NCBI GenBank assembly: GCA_963821525.1
Contig: CAWGED010000005.1
Location: 512,001 to 576,000 of the forward strand
Direction of reading: 5' to 3'
DNA: 64,000 bases
Source of the DNA: an uncultured Gemmatimonadales bacterium
Lineage (GTDB): Bacteria; Gemmatimonadota; Gemmatimonadetes; Gemmatimonadales; GWC2-71-9
Below, piece by piece: positions 44,627-54,657 of the stretch. A program made the position numbers and the translations under genes. The notes beneath the pieces are model-generated. The model was not told the DNA's origin. It did no database searches and saw only the letters and a list, made by a program, of their open reading frames with translations. Position 1 is the first letter of the stretch, and the number at the start of each line of letters is the position of its first letter.

Positions 44627-47600
44627 ATGCAGGTTCGAGGGAGTCTGATGGCAGGCTTGTTCCTCGGTCTGGTCCTGGCGGCTGGCGCCGCTGTACCCGT
44701 CGCGGCACAAAACGCGACCGTGCACGGCGTGGTCACCGATTCCGCGACCGGCCGGAACCTGGAGGGCGCGCTGGTGTCGATCGCCGGCACCCAGATTCGC
44801 ACCCAGGCCAAAGCGGACGGAAGCTTTGCCTTTGCGCAGGTCACCCCCGGGGTCATCACCCTCCGGGTGCAGATGATCGGATACAATCCCGCCGAGCAGC
44901 AGGTAACGGTGCCGGCGACGGGTGATGTGACGGTGAGCTTCGCTCTTGGGGCCAAGGCGATCGAGCTGCAGGAGCTGGTTTCCGTCGGCTACGGTGAGGC
45001 GGCCAGGAGCGACCTGACCTCCGCCGTGGGCTCTCTGGATGGCGAGGGCCTTACCAAGACGGTCGCGGGCCTGGATGCCGGCCTGCAAGGCAAGGTCGCC
45101 GGCGTTCAAGTGCTCCAGAACGCGGGCAATCCGGGCAACGGCATCTCGATCCGGGTCCGCGGATCCGCCTCGATCTCGGCGGGGAACCAGCCGCTCTACG
45201 TGATCGACGGCGTGCCCATGATCTCCGAGGACTACTCCCAGCTGGGCCTGGGCGGTCAGGGCATTTCTGGCGTGTCGGGGATTTCGCAGAACGAGGTCGA
45301 ACGGATCGACGTGCTCAAGGATGCCGCGGCGACCGCGATCTACGGTTCCCGGGGCTCCAACGGCGTCGTCATGATCACGACGAAGCGCGGTAAGGCACAG
45401 AAGGCCCAAGTCACCCTGGACGCCTACACGGGCCCCCAGGTGGCGTCGCGCCGGCTCGACATGATGAACTCGACCGAATACCTCACGTTTTTCAACGAGG
45501 GTGCGGAAAACGACGGCTACGGACCTAACTATCTCGGGGTGGTCGGTGTGGACGACAAGATCAACACCGACTGGCAGGACGCCGCGCTCCGTGAGGCCCC
45601 GGTGGGCAGCATCCAGCTCGCCGTGGCGGGTGGGGACGATCGGCTCCGCTACCGGGTCTCCGGTGACATGTTCGACCAGCAGGGAATCGTGATCGGTTCC
45701 TCCTACCGAAGGCTGGCCGGCCGCATCAACCTCGATTTCAACACCAGCGAGAAACTGTCCTTCAGGTCGTCTCTAGCCGTTTCCGGTGAGAACAACCAGC
45801 GGATCGAGAACGACAACAGCATCACCGGTATCATCACCGACGTGGTGGGCAACGCGCCGATCTTCCCGGTCAAGAAGGATGATGGAACGTTCTTCGGCCC
45901 GGGCGACGACTTGCCCAATACCGGCAACACGCTGTTCATCGACATGCAGTATCCCAACTCCGTGGCGCTGGGCACTCTGAATACCGCCGAAGCGCGCACC
46001 ACGCGGATCATCGGCAACCTGGAGGGCAACTACCGCTTCGGCGGGGGATGGGGCTTCACCTCGCGAGTCGGGATTGACATGCTCGACGTGAAGGAGACCC
46101 AGTTCGAGTCGCCAGACATCAGCGGGACTTATGCCGCGAGCGCGGGCGGTGTCGTCAAGCGGAGCTACTCCGCCGGAAACCGCTACGTCTTCGACAACTT
46201 CTTCAGCTGGGACCGGACCTGGGACGGGCGCCATCACGCCCTGACCGCCACGGCCGGCAACAGCATCGAGTACACCAACAACGACCTCAACTTCATTCGG
46301 GGTGAGGGACTGGCTGACCCGAAGCTGACCGAGGTACGTAATACGACGATTCCGACGGTATTCGACGGGACCGAGTCCCGCTCGACCCTCGTGTCGTTCT
46401 TCGGCCGGGCCAATTACTCGCTCAACGACACCTACCTGCTGAGCGGAAGCCTGCGGACCGACGGTTCGTCCCGGTTCGGTCCCGACTCACGCTGGGGCGT
46501 GTTCCCAGCGGTCTCCGGCGCGTGGGTCATGACCCGGGATTTGTTCAAGAATTCAAGCTGGCTCGATGAACTGAAGCTCCGCGGCAGCTGGGGTCTCACC
46601 GGCAACCAGCCCTCCGATCTGTATCCGTACCAGGGAACGGCGGGGACTTCCAACTACGGCGGCACACCCGGGCTGGCAAACTCCTCGCTTTCCAACCCGG
46701 CGCTCAAGTGGGAAAGCACGGCGCAAGTCGATATCGGGGTCGACCTCACGCTCTTCAAGGGTCGCGTCTTCCTGACGGCGGACTGGTACAAGAAGAACAC
46801 CCAGGACCTGCTCCTGGCACGTCCGATCAGCAACACCAGCGGATTCACCACGGTGTTCGACAACGTCGGGGACATGACGAACAAGGGCTTCGAGATCGGA
46901 CTCGAGACGGTCAACATCCAGGCCAAGGACCCGAAGGGGTTCAACTGGAGGACCGGGCTCAACCTGTCGATCAACCGCAACGAAGTAACCAAGCTGGCCA
47001 ACAACGAGCCGTTCAGCTCCTACGTCAACCGGGTGCAGGTCGGGCATGAGCTGGGCGAGTTCTACATGCTCAAGTTCCTCGGCGTAGATCCAGCCACCGG
47101 CGACGCGATCTTCAAGGATGTCGATGGAGACGGCGTCATCACCTCGAACGACCAGACCTTCGTGGGCAGCCCCCATCCCGACTACAGCGGCGGCCTGACC
47201 AACGAGTTCACCTGGAAGGGAGTGGACCTGAGCTTCCTGATGACCTTCAGCCAGGGCAACAAGATCTACAACGACATGCGGACGTACAGCGCGTCGGGCG
47301 GCTATTACTTCGACAACCATTTCAAGGACCAGCTGAAACGGTGGCAGAAGCCCGGCGACCAGACCGACGTCCCCCGGGCCAGCTACGACGGCGTGTCCGG
47401 CGCCTATGGTGATCCTACCAGCCGATTCCTCGAGAACGGATCCTACCTGCGCATGCAGGAGGTCACTATGGGATATCAGTTCCCGGAGAACTGGGCAGCC
47501 GGCGTCAAAGCCCGGAGTCTCAGACTCTATGCCGGAGTGCGGAATGCGTTCGTCATCACCGATTACAGTGGATACGATCCTGATGTGAACAGCGGAGGGT

Positions 47601-47686
47601 CGTCGACCAACGTGTCGCTGGCCAACGACTTCTATGCCTACCCGCAGGCGCGGACCGTCATCCTCGGCATTCAGGCGGGGTGGTGA
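44627..47686 (+). CDS. SusC/RagA-family TonB-dependent receptor
   Basis: LQGKVAG, IRVRG, PLYVIDG, VLKDAAATAIYGSRGSNGVVMITTKRG, DGSSRFG, LKWE; SD AGGAGG. Confidence 0.96.
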   Translation: MQVRGSLMAGLFLGLVLAAGAAVPVAAQNATVHGVVTDSATGRNLEGALVSIAGTQIRTQAKADGSFAFAQVTPGVITLRVQMIGYNPAEQQVTVPATGDVTVSFALGAKAIELQELVSVGYGEAARSDLTSAVGSLDGEGLTKTVAGLDAGLQGKVAGVQVLQNAGNPGNGISIRVRGSASISAGNQPLYVIDGVPMISEDYSQLGLGGQGISGVSGISQNEVERIDVLKDAAATAIYGSRGSNGVVMITTKRGKAQKAQVTLDAYTGPQVASRRLDMMNSTEYLTFFNEGAENDGYGPNYLGVVGVDDKINTDWQDAALREAPVGSIQLAVAGGDDRLRYRVSGDMFDQQGIVIGSSYRRLAGRINLDFNTSEKLSFRSSLAVSGENNQRIENDNSITGIITDVVGNAPIFPVKKDDGTFFGPGDDLPNTGNTLFIDMQYPNSVALGTLNTAEARTTRIIGNLEGNYRFGGGWGFTSRVGIDMLDVKETQFESPDISGTYAASAGGVVKRSYSAGNRYVFDNFFSWDRTWDGRHHALTATAGNSIEYTNNDLNFIRGEGLADPKLTEVRNTTIPTVFDGTESRSTLVSFFGRANYSLNDTYLLSGSLRTDGSSRFGPDSRWGVFPAVSGAWVMTRDLFKNSSWLDELKLRGSWGLTGNQPSDLYPYQGTAGTSNYGGTPGLANSSLSNPALKWESTAQVDIGVDLTLFKGRVFLTADWYKKNTQDLLLARPISNTSGFTTVFDNVGDMTNKGFEIGLETVNIQAKDPKGFNWRTGLNLSINRNEVTKLANNEPFSSYVNRVQVGHELGEFYMLKFLGVDPATGDAIFKDVDGDGVITSNDQTFVGSPHPDYSGGLTNEFTWKGVDLSFLMTFSQGNKIYNDMRTYSASGGYYFDNHFKDQLKRWQKPGDQTDVPRASYDGVSGAYGDPTSRFLENGSYLRMQEVTMGYQFPENWAAGVKARSLRLYAGVRNAFVITDYSGYDPDVNSGGSSTNVSLANDFYAYPQARTVILGIQAGW

Positions 47687-47689
47687 ACC

Positions 47690-49066
47690 ATGACTACTCA
47701 TACTAACGCGACCGCTCGGCGGACTCCGATGATGAAAAGGCTGATACTTCCGTTGCTGCTGGTAGTCTTCGGACTCACGGGATGCGACAGCTTCCTCGAC
47801 GAGCAGCCGAAGGACCAAGTGCCGTCGGAAGGCGCGATCACCGACCTCCCGTCGGCGCAGGCGTTCCTGGCCGGCGCGTATGCCGGGCTTCAGGAGGACA
47901 GTTACTACGGTGGTGACTTCGAGCTCTTTGGCGACCTGTCTTCGGACAACGCCCAGGACATCGGCACCTTCAACTCGTACAAGGATGCCCAGAGGCACAA
48001 CCTGCAGCCGACCAACGTCTCGATCACCGACATCTGGTCCGCGATCTACATCGCGATCGCACGCGCCAACACTCTCATCAACGACGTGCCGGGTGTTGTA
48101 ACGATTGCCCAGGCCGACAAAGACGAGATCGTGGGCGAGGCGCTTGCCTTGCGAGCCTTACACTATCACAACCTGGTCAAACTCTTCGGAGGAGTGCCGC
48201 TGGTTCTCAAGGAGCCGGGGAGCGTCGAGGATGCCAACAGCGTGGTCCGTGCCACGTCGGATGAAGTCTACGCCCAGATCCTGAGCGACCTCCAGCAGGC
48301 GGAGACGCTCATCAGCAACCAGACGGGGCCGACCAACACCGCGACTGTCGGTGGCGCCAAGGCGCTGCTCGCGCGGGTCTACCTGTACCAGGGGGACTAC
48401 GCCAACGCCCTGGCCAAGGCGGATGAGGTGATCGCGCTGGCGCTACGATCTCGATCCGGTCTATTCGGATCTGTTCCCCAGCGACGAAAACGACAGCGTC
48501 GAGGACATCTGGAAGGTGACTTTCACCGATGTGCAGTACAACTACATGTACTACTGGTGGTCGGATCCCCAGGGCGGTGGTGCCGAGTTGGCACCGACGG
48601 CGAACCTGGTCGCCGCGTATGATCCGAACGACGTCGCGCCTGGCGTGGAATGTCTACATCCCGACTCCCGACGACACCTCGGGTGGGAAGTACCCGACCA
48701 CGGCGGGTGCCGAGGACATTCACGTGATTCGTTTCGCTGAAGTATTGCTGATCAAAGCGGAGGCCCTGGCGCGGCAGAACCAGCTCAGCCGCCGCGGTTG
48801 ACGAGTACAACAAGATCCGGGTGCGGGCCGGTCTTGCTCCCCACGTACTCGGGGTTGACGTGACCACTCAGCAGGAAGTCCTGGATGAAATCGATCTGCA
48901 GCGGCGGCTGGAGTTCTTCGCCGAGGGCGACCGGTGGCCCGACCTGGTCCGCACCGGCCGCTGGCAGCAGGTGCTGCCCGGTGTGCCGTCGTACCAGACG
49001 CTGTACCCGATTCCGCAGAGTGAAATCGATGTGGCAGGGGGTCTGGTGCAGAATCCGGGGTATTAG
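47690..49066 (+). CDS. SusD/RagB-family lipoprotein (several indels)
   Basis: Lipobox LTG-C, EALALRALHY..LVKLFGGVPL, IRFAEVLL..AEA, RRLEFFAEGDRW.DLVR, PIPQSEI, QNPGY. Confidence 0.92.
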
Positions 49067-49085
49067 TCCGTAGCAGGCAACACGC

Positions 49086-49125
49086 GACGCCGGGATGGCC
49101 GAGTGGCTGTCCCGGCGTTGTTGCG
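49086..49125 (+). terminator. Hairpin after susD
   Basis: GCGACGCCGGGATGGC...GCTGTCCCGGCGTTGT. Confidence 0.45.
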
Positions 49126-49213
49126 TTCACTGGGCTCTGGCAGAAGCGGCCGCGGAAGAACGCATGAACGAAGAAGAGATGCAGTCTGTCGAACGTCCGC
49201 TTGTGGATGCCTG

Positions 49214-49446
49214 AAAAGCTTACCGCGGAACACGCGGATAACGCGGAAGCACGCGGATGGGAATGGTTGTACTCGGCAGTAACTGATTTCTTCTCGTGGG
49301 TGGACCTTTAAAAGCTTACCGCGGAACACGCGGATTCACGCGGAATACGCGGAAAAGAGCACTGTTTGTTTTGTGTACCACACGAACGAACAGAAAAAGA
49401 ACAAGAACACTCCGCGTGTTTCAGCGTTATCCGCGGTAAGCTGTTT
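49214..49446. repeat. MITE-like element with (ACGCGGA)-core arrays, plus an upstream solo left end
   Basis: AAAAGCTTACCGCGGAACACGCGGAT at 49214 and 49310; right end TCCGCGGTAAGCTGTTT. Confidence 0.8.
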
Positions 49447-49475
49447 CGATCCCTTCCAAGTAAACGTCGGAATGG

Positions 49476-49505
49476 CTCGGTACTCGGTACCCGGTACTCG
49501 GTACT
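49476..49505. repeat. Solo heptamer arm (CTCGGTA)4
   Basis: CTCGGTACTCGGTACCCGGTACTCGGTACT; same family as 16264 and 25669. Confidence 0.75.
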
Positions 49506-49510
49506 GTAGG

Positions 49511-50122
49511 CTACTCGTTCGATTCCTGCATGAAGGGCTCAAACACTATATCCACGCTGTATCCCTGCGGGGCGAAGAGGCCGGTGAGCAGCTGGCGGGC
49601 GCCTTGTTCCGCGTGCGCGACCACCGCCATGTCCCGCGCGGCCCAGACCAGGTGCTGCCGGGCGAGCTGGAAGATCGTGTCGCGGTCGGCCGGCCGGAAC
49701 GGATTCCAGAGGCCGCGGCTCTCGTCGTAGATCTTGAGATCCTGGATATCCACCCCGACCAGCCGGGCATGGGGCAGACTGAGCGAGATCCGTTTCGCCT
49801 TGTGGTCGATATTGACCCGGGGCGGGTGCTGGAGATCGAGACCCACCAGGGCCTTGCCGGTTACGATAACCAGCGAGCGCTTGGTGGACCCCAGCCGGGT
49901 GTTCTCGTAGACGATCACATCCCGCACCGTGGCTTCGGTCGTGACCACCTTGGCCACGGTCTTGAGCTGCTCGACCACGACCGACTGATCGACCCGGGTC
50001 CTGCTCTGGAGCAGTGAGGAGGTGCGACTCAGCGTGAGCCCGGCGAGGACGCCGAGGATGAGCAGCACAAGCCCCGCGACGATCAGGCCGACGTGGCCGA
50101 TCGCGCGGGGTTGGTTGTCCAA
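49511..50122 (-). CDS. DUF4230-like membrane-anchored protein
   Basis: N-terminal TM; LVIVTGKALVGLDL, ISLSLPHA; start uncertain (TTG). Confidence 0.7.
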   Translation of the reverse strand: MDNQPRAIGHVGLIVAGLVLLILGVLAGLTLSRTSSLLQSRTRVDQSVVVEQLKTVAKVVTTEATVRDVIVYENTRLGSTKRSLVIVTGKALVGLDLQHPPRVNIDHKAKRISLSLPHARLVGVDIQDLKIYDESRGLWNPFRPADRDTIFQLARQHLVWAARDMAVVAHAEQGARQLLTGLFAPQGYSVDIVFEPFMQESNE

Positions 50123-50129
50123 AGGCGTG

Positions 50130-50457
50130 CTACCTGAGATAGAGGAAGAGCCCGACACCAGCCGCAATGGCGCCGGCGACGGTGACCACGTCCTCGTCAA
50201 TGATCAGTCCGGTGACGAGGGCGGCGGCGCCAGCGATCATGAGGGCCGATGCCGGTTCGCTTGCCCGCCCGGGCGACAGCGACCGTCGCAAGGTTCGCCG
50301 ACTGCTCCGGAGGGGTAGTAGCCGGCCGCAGTGCCGCGGCCGCCTGAAGGTTCTGCACCGATGGGCCGATCAGACCGGGTCCCTGGGTCTGGGCCACGAC
50401 GGGACCCGAGATCAGGCTCAATGAAAGCGCAGAAATCGCAATGAATGCAGCGCGCAC
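50130..50457 (-). CDS. Small secreted/membrane hypothetical protein (indel near 50245)
   Basis: SD AAAGGAGG plus GTG; signal peptide; C-terminal MIAGAAALVTGLIIDEDVVTVAGAIAAGVGLFLYLR in a second frame. Confidence 0.55.
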
Positions 50458-50486
50458 ATTTCCTCCTTTAGTGGCGCAGGGTGGGT

Positions 50487-50738
50487 TCAACGTTCGGCGG
50501 CCTCGATCAGTTTGCGAGTCTTGGCCAGATAGGCATCGTAGGCTTGCCCCCAGAGTCCGGAGAAGCGGGACTTCTTGGGGAGGTTCTGAATGGCTTCGAG
50601 CAAGGGTCGCAACACCGGGTCGGCATAATCCTGGGCTTCGACATCCCGCAACACTTCACTGCGGGGAAGCTTCCCCTCGGAAAACGCCCGGGCGCGCTTG
50701 GCAATCTCGTGCCGCCTGGCGGTGACGTCGGACGTCAT
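50487..50738 (-). CDS. Hypothetical protein (83 aa)
   Basis: Helical ORF co-oriented with neighbours. Confidence 0.55.
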   Translation of the reverse strand: MTSDVTARRHEIAKRARAFSEGKLPRSEVLRDVEAQDYADPVLRPLLEAIQNLPKKSRFSGLWGQAYDAYLAKTRKLIEAAER

Positions 50739-50748
50739 GGAATGGATC

Positions 50749-51135
50749 TCATTCTTCGGTGTGATGCACTGTGAAGAGCATTTCGCTCGCCATCGTCGCG
50801 CGCACCGTGAGCGGTACGCCCGGCGCCAGCACCACCATCTGTCCCGCGGACACCTGATGCGTGGAACCGTCGGCCGTGACGACCAGCCGGCCGACCAGGG
50901 CGTGGATGGTGACCACTCCCTCGGTCTCGTGTTGTCTGAGGTGACCCTCGGGCTCGAAGAGGTAGAGCACCACGGTCACCTGCCCGTGGCGGAACAGCGC
51001 GATCTGCCGGTGCCCTTCGACTGCGGCGTGCGGTTCGGCCCGCAAGCGCGCAGCAGCTTCCTTCAAGTCGAAGAGCTGGGCCGGATCGCGGAATCGATCC
51101 TGAGGGTGGGGGCGAAGCCGTTCGGGAATGGTCAT
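50749..51135 (-). CDS. Cupin-domain protein
   Basis: FEPEGHLRQH..EGVVTIHALVGRL...AGQMVVLAPGVP. Confidence 0.75.
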   Translation of the reverse strand: MTIPERLRPHPQDRFRDPAQLFDLKEAAARLRAEPHAAVEGHRQIALFRHGQVTVVLYLFEPEGHLRQHETEGVVTIHALVGRLVVTADGSTHQVSAGQMVVLAPGVPLTVRATMASEMLFTVHHTEE

Positions 51136-51245
51136 TACACCTGACCGGTTCGGACGTGAGTTGAGTACCGAGCCGGAGGGATGGCCTGCCCTCCAGCCGG
51201 ATTGAAGCTAGGTGAAAAGTGGGCGGGAGGGAACTGACAGCCTGG

Positions 51246-51554
51246 CTATGCCGGGTCTGGCGCGTAATTCTGGAAAGGGTCGGTGAGCATCCGCTCCTGC
51301 TTGCCGCTCTGCTCAAAGACGTGAACCAGTTGGACCTCCTCGCCGACCCGCTTCACCCGGCTTTCCAGCAGCTTCAGCTCGGGTTTGTCCGCCAGGCCAA
51401 GCTCATTCAGCCGCTCCGCCTCGGCCTTGCAGATGGCACCAGGAGTCGGGGTGGGGCGAGGGTAGGGGTCCTCGTGATGGGCTACCAGCGCGCGCCAGTG
51501 CTCGTCGCCCGCCCGCTCGACCGATGCGCGAATGTCTTCCCGGGTAAATGGCAT
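51246..51554 (-). CDS. Hypothetical protein (102 aa)
   Basis: Host-like codon usage. Confidence 0.6.
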   Translation of the reverse strand: MPFTREDIRASVERAGDEHWRALVAHHEDPYPRPTPTPGAICKAEAERLNELGLADKPELKLLESRVKRVGEEVQLVHVFEQSGKQERMLTDPFQNYAPDPA

Positions 51555-51595
51555 GACAGCTTCTGAACGATCCTTGGCTACCTACTGAGCCCCCA

Positions 51596-51800
51596 AAAAG
51601 CATACCGCGGAGTACGCGGACAACGCGGAAGCACGCGGAAAAGAGCACTGATAATGTGGCTGATTCTGTGCTCGGCCTGTTCCGCGTTAAGCTGTTTCAG
51701 TCGTCCGTTCTTCAGCGTTGACACAACGAACATGCAGTACATCACAACATCATCTCCGCGTTCTTCCGCGCGTTTCCGCGTCGTCCGCGGTAAGCAGTTT
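51596..51800. repeat. Second copy of the (ACGCGGA) MITE-like element
   Basis: AAAAGCATACCGCGGA...ACGCGGAAAAGAGCACTG ... TCCGCGGTAAGCAGTTT. Confidence 0.82.
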
Positions 51801-51805
51801 GGCCC

Positions 51806-51967
51806 TCAGGGCAGATACTCCGCCGCCAGGCGCCCGGAGAAGTAGACCCCGATCCCGCTCCCCACGGTGCTCAGAATGAAGGCGGTCATGAAGCCGAACG
51901 GGGCTCCGATCCACCACCCGACCGCCCCACCCACCGTCGCCCCGACCAGCCAGACGATTCCTTTCAT
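51806..51967 (-). CDS. 53-aa glycine-rich membrane protein (below ORF-track cutoff)
   Basis: MKGIVWLVGATVGGAVGWWIGAPFGFMTAFILSTVGSGIGVYFSGRLAAEYLP; GGAGG upstream. Confidence 0.7.
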   Translation of the reverse strand: MKGIVWLVGATVGGAVGWWIGAPFGFMTAFILSTVGSGIGVYFSGRLAAEYLP

Positions 51968-52158
51968 ATAACCGGCCTCCGGGCCTGGTCTGGGCCCGAA
52001 TCAGGGGGGGACTGCCATTTCGGGGTGGGGGTCCTTATATTCACTTCGACGTATGACATAGCCTTCGGGCCCCGGGGAAACAGAGCAGACCGGGTGATGA
52101 ACCTGCCAAGAACCATCGTCCCGGCTGGTGCAAACGCACTGGACCGGGCGTTGTGTTT

Positions 52159-53618
52159 CTACTCCCGGCGAAGGAGCAGTTCCTTGATCGCCCCGGCCGG
52201 CACGCCGTAGACAATTCTGCCGTTGCTTCCCTTTTCTCCGCCATACACCAGCCCGACTACCATTCCCGCCCGGTTAAAGATCGGGCTCCCGCTGGATCCC
52301 TGCGCGCCGTAGCTGTCGAGCTGGATCAGGTCAGGCAGGGTACGGGACACCGTCCCCAGGGTAAGGGTCGCTGCGACGCCCAGCTGGCGCCAGTCTGCCC
52401 CCTTCTGAAGGTCCAGGCCCGAGGGGGAAGCCGAGGACCGCGACCGGCTCCCCTACTTCGGCCCTGCTCGTCGCGATGCCTTTCACCACCGGAATCCCCC
52501 GGCGCACCGACGTCTTGAGCAGCGCCACGTCGGCCTGGTGGCCCACCGCGACGACGTCAGCCCGGAAATTCTGATTCGAGCCGTTGAACACGACGCCGAC
52601 TTTCTCCGGGAGGCGTCCCACCGAATCGACCACGACGTGACGATTGGTGACCAGGAGTCCTCCGTTGGCATCGGATTGAATCGCGAACGCGGTGCCGGTG
52701 AAGCTCCGCCCACCGGGGAACTGCACGAACACGATCGCCACGGCATCCTGATTTGCGGCTGCAATGGCAGCCCCATCGAGCGCCGCCACCAGGGCGAGGT
52801 TTCGCTGTTGCTGGGTAGCTGTCTTGAGCTGGGCTTTGAGCTGCTCGATCTCCGGCCCGGTTGCGCCTGAGGCATTGATCCTCTGCTTCAGCCGCTCGGC
52901 TTCCGCCTTCGCCGAGTCGAGAGCGCCCTGCATTGCCTGGGTGGTACCCGACACGGTTGCGATCTGGGCCACGAGGCTGTCCACCTGGCCCAGCAGGAGC
53001 TCGACGCTGGGCCACCAGCCGGCGCTCGTTGAGAGAATTGGACCAGAAGTAGGCGCCCGTCACGAGCAGCAGCATCGCGAACAGTATGTACTGCACCGTC
53101 CGATGCTTCTTGGTCTGCTCCTGTACCGCAATCTTGATCCTCGTGGTCGCACCGGCGCTGCCCGCTGTGGACCGCGGCATCTTGAAGGACCCCGGTGATG
53201 CGCCCTGGGGGATGAGAATCTGCTGGTGCGCGGGACCGGCCCCCGGGAAAGCGCTGGTCTCCATTACCGGGGGAGTGTGCGATGCAGGGAGCGCGCTCGG
53301 CGGCGGATCGGGAATCGAAGCGAACTCGACCCGCGGCCCCGAGGTGCCGAACTGGATGATGTCCTTGGAGGCCAGGACGTGATCTCCAGTCAGGCGCTGG
53401 CCGTTGACCAGGGTGCCGTTGGTGCTCCCCAGGTCGCGCAGTACGTAGAGTTTTCCGGCCAGGGTGATGGAGGCGTGGCGGGCGGAGACATCGAGGTCCT
53501 GATCGGCGTCGAAGCGCAGCTCACACTGCGGGTGGCGCCCGACCAGGATGAAGGGCTGACTCAGGACGTCGATCTGACCGGCGCGACTTCCCGACAGGAT
53601 TGTGAACTGGGCCTTCAC
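52159..53618 (-). CDS. FHA - TM - coiled coil - trypsin-like protease (two indels)
   Basis: FHA: VGR..VSARHA..DLGSTNGT; TM; triad TNRHVV / ADVALL / GSSGSP. Confidence 0.82.
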
Positions 53619-53633
53619 CGGCCTCCTGGCGGC

Positions 53634-54651
53634 TTAGCCGCGCAAGAAGAGGAAGTAGAGTCCCAGCCCGAGGGCCACGAGACTGCCCGCCACCACCCAC
53701 CAGGGCACCGCCGGCTTCCCACCGATCGGGGTCGGAGGCGGGCTACCGGTATAAACGGGTACCGGCTCGGTGGTCGTGTCAACCTCGCTGAGGGGATACA
53801 CCTGGTACCCGGCGTTGTCTTCTCCCGCCGGCTCGGGAAGCGCTTCGCCCTCGAACCGAACCGCCACCGCGGTGATGTTGTCGGGTCCTCCCCGCTCGTT
53901 GGCCAGATCGATCAGCTTGGCGCACAGCTGCGCCAGGTCGGACGTGGAGCGCGCCACCTCGGCAATCTCTTCCTTCTTTACCTGGCCCGAGAGGCCATCC
54001 GAGCAGAGGATGATCAGGTCGCCTCGGCGGAGCGGCAGATAGGTGAGGTCCACCTTGACCCGGGGATCCGGGCCCAATGCCTGGAGAATGATGTTGCGCC
54101 GTTCGCTTTGCTCCGCCTCCTCTTCCGTAAGCTCGCCCGCTTCGACGAGGCGCTGCATCAAGCGATTGATCCTTGGTCAGCTGGCTCGTGTGGCCGTTGC
54201 GGATCAGATACCCGCGGCTGTCCCCCACCTGGGCGAGATAAAGGTCGGATCCGAACACCCCGGCCACGGTCGCCGTGGTACCCATGCCGCGCACCTCGGG
54301 ATGCTCGCGGGCGTAGGCGTTAATCCGGTTGTTGGCGAGCTCGACCGCTTCCTTGAGCCGATAGGCGAAGCGCGGGCCTGAGCCGTCAGGATCATCCGGC
54401 CACACGCTGGTCATGTGGCCGAAGATCGCGTCGGTCGCCATGCTGCTCGCCACCTCGCCGGCCGCGGCGCCACCCATGCCGTCCGCCACCATGAACAGGG
54501 ATCCCCTCGGGCCGACTGCGTGATTCCGCATATCGGCCTGGAGGTTCGCGACCCTGCGGCTCAGGTCCGCGACGAGGAAGGTGTCCTCGTTGTGGTCGCG
54601 AGTGCGACCCACATCGGTCTTGCCGAAAACGGAGACGAGGACGTTAGCCAA
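53634..54651 (-). CDS. PP2C-family Ser/Thr phosphatase with C-terminal TM (indel near 54165)
   Basis: TDVGRTRDHNED, VADGMGG, VGDSR, LCSDGL, GGPDNIT. Confidence 0.93.
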
Positions 54652-54657
54652 GGGGCC

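Noticed and set aside
49214..49446. CRISPR array
   Set aside because: Only two direct copies about 96 nt apart with internal tandem units and an inverted right end; no cas genes
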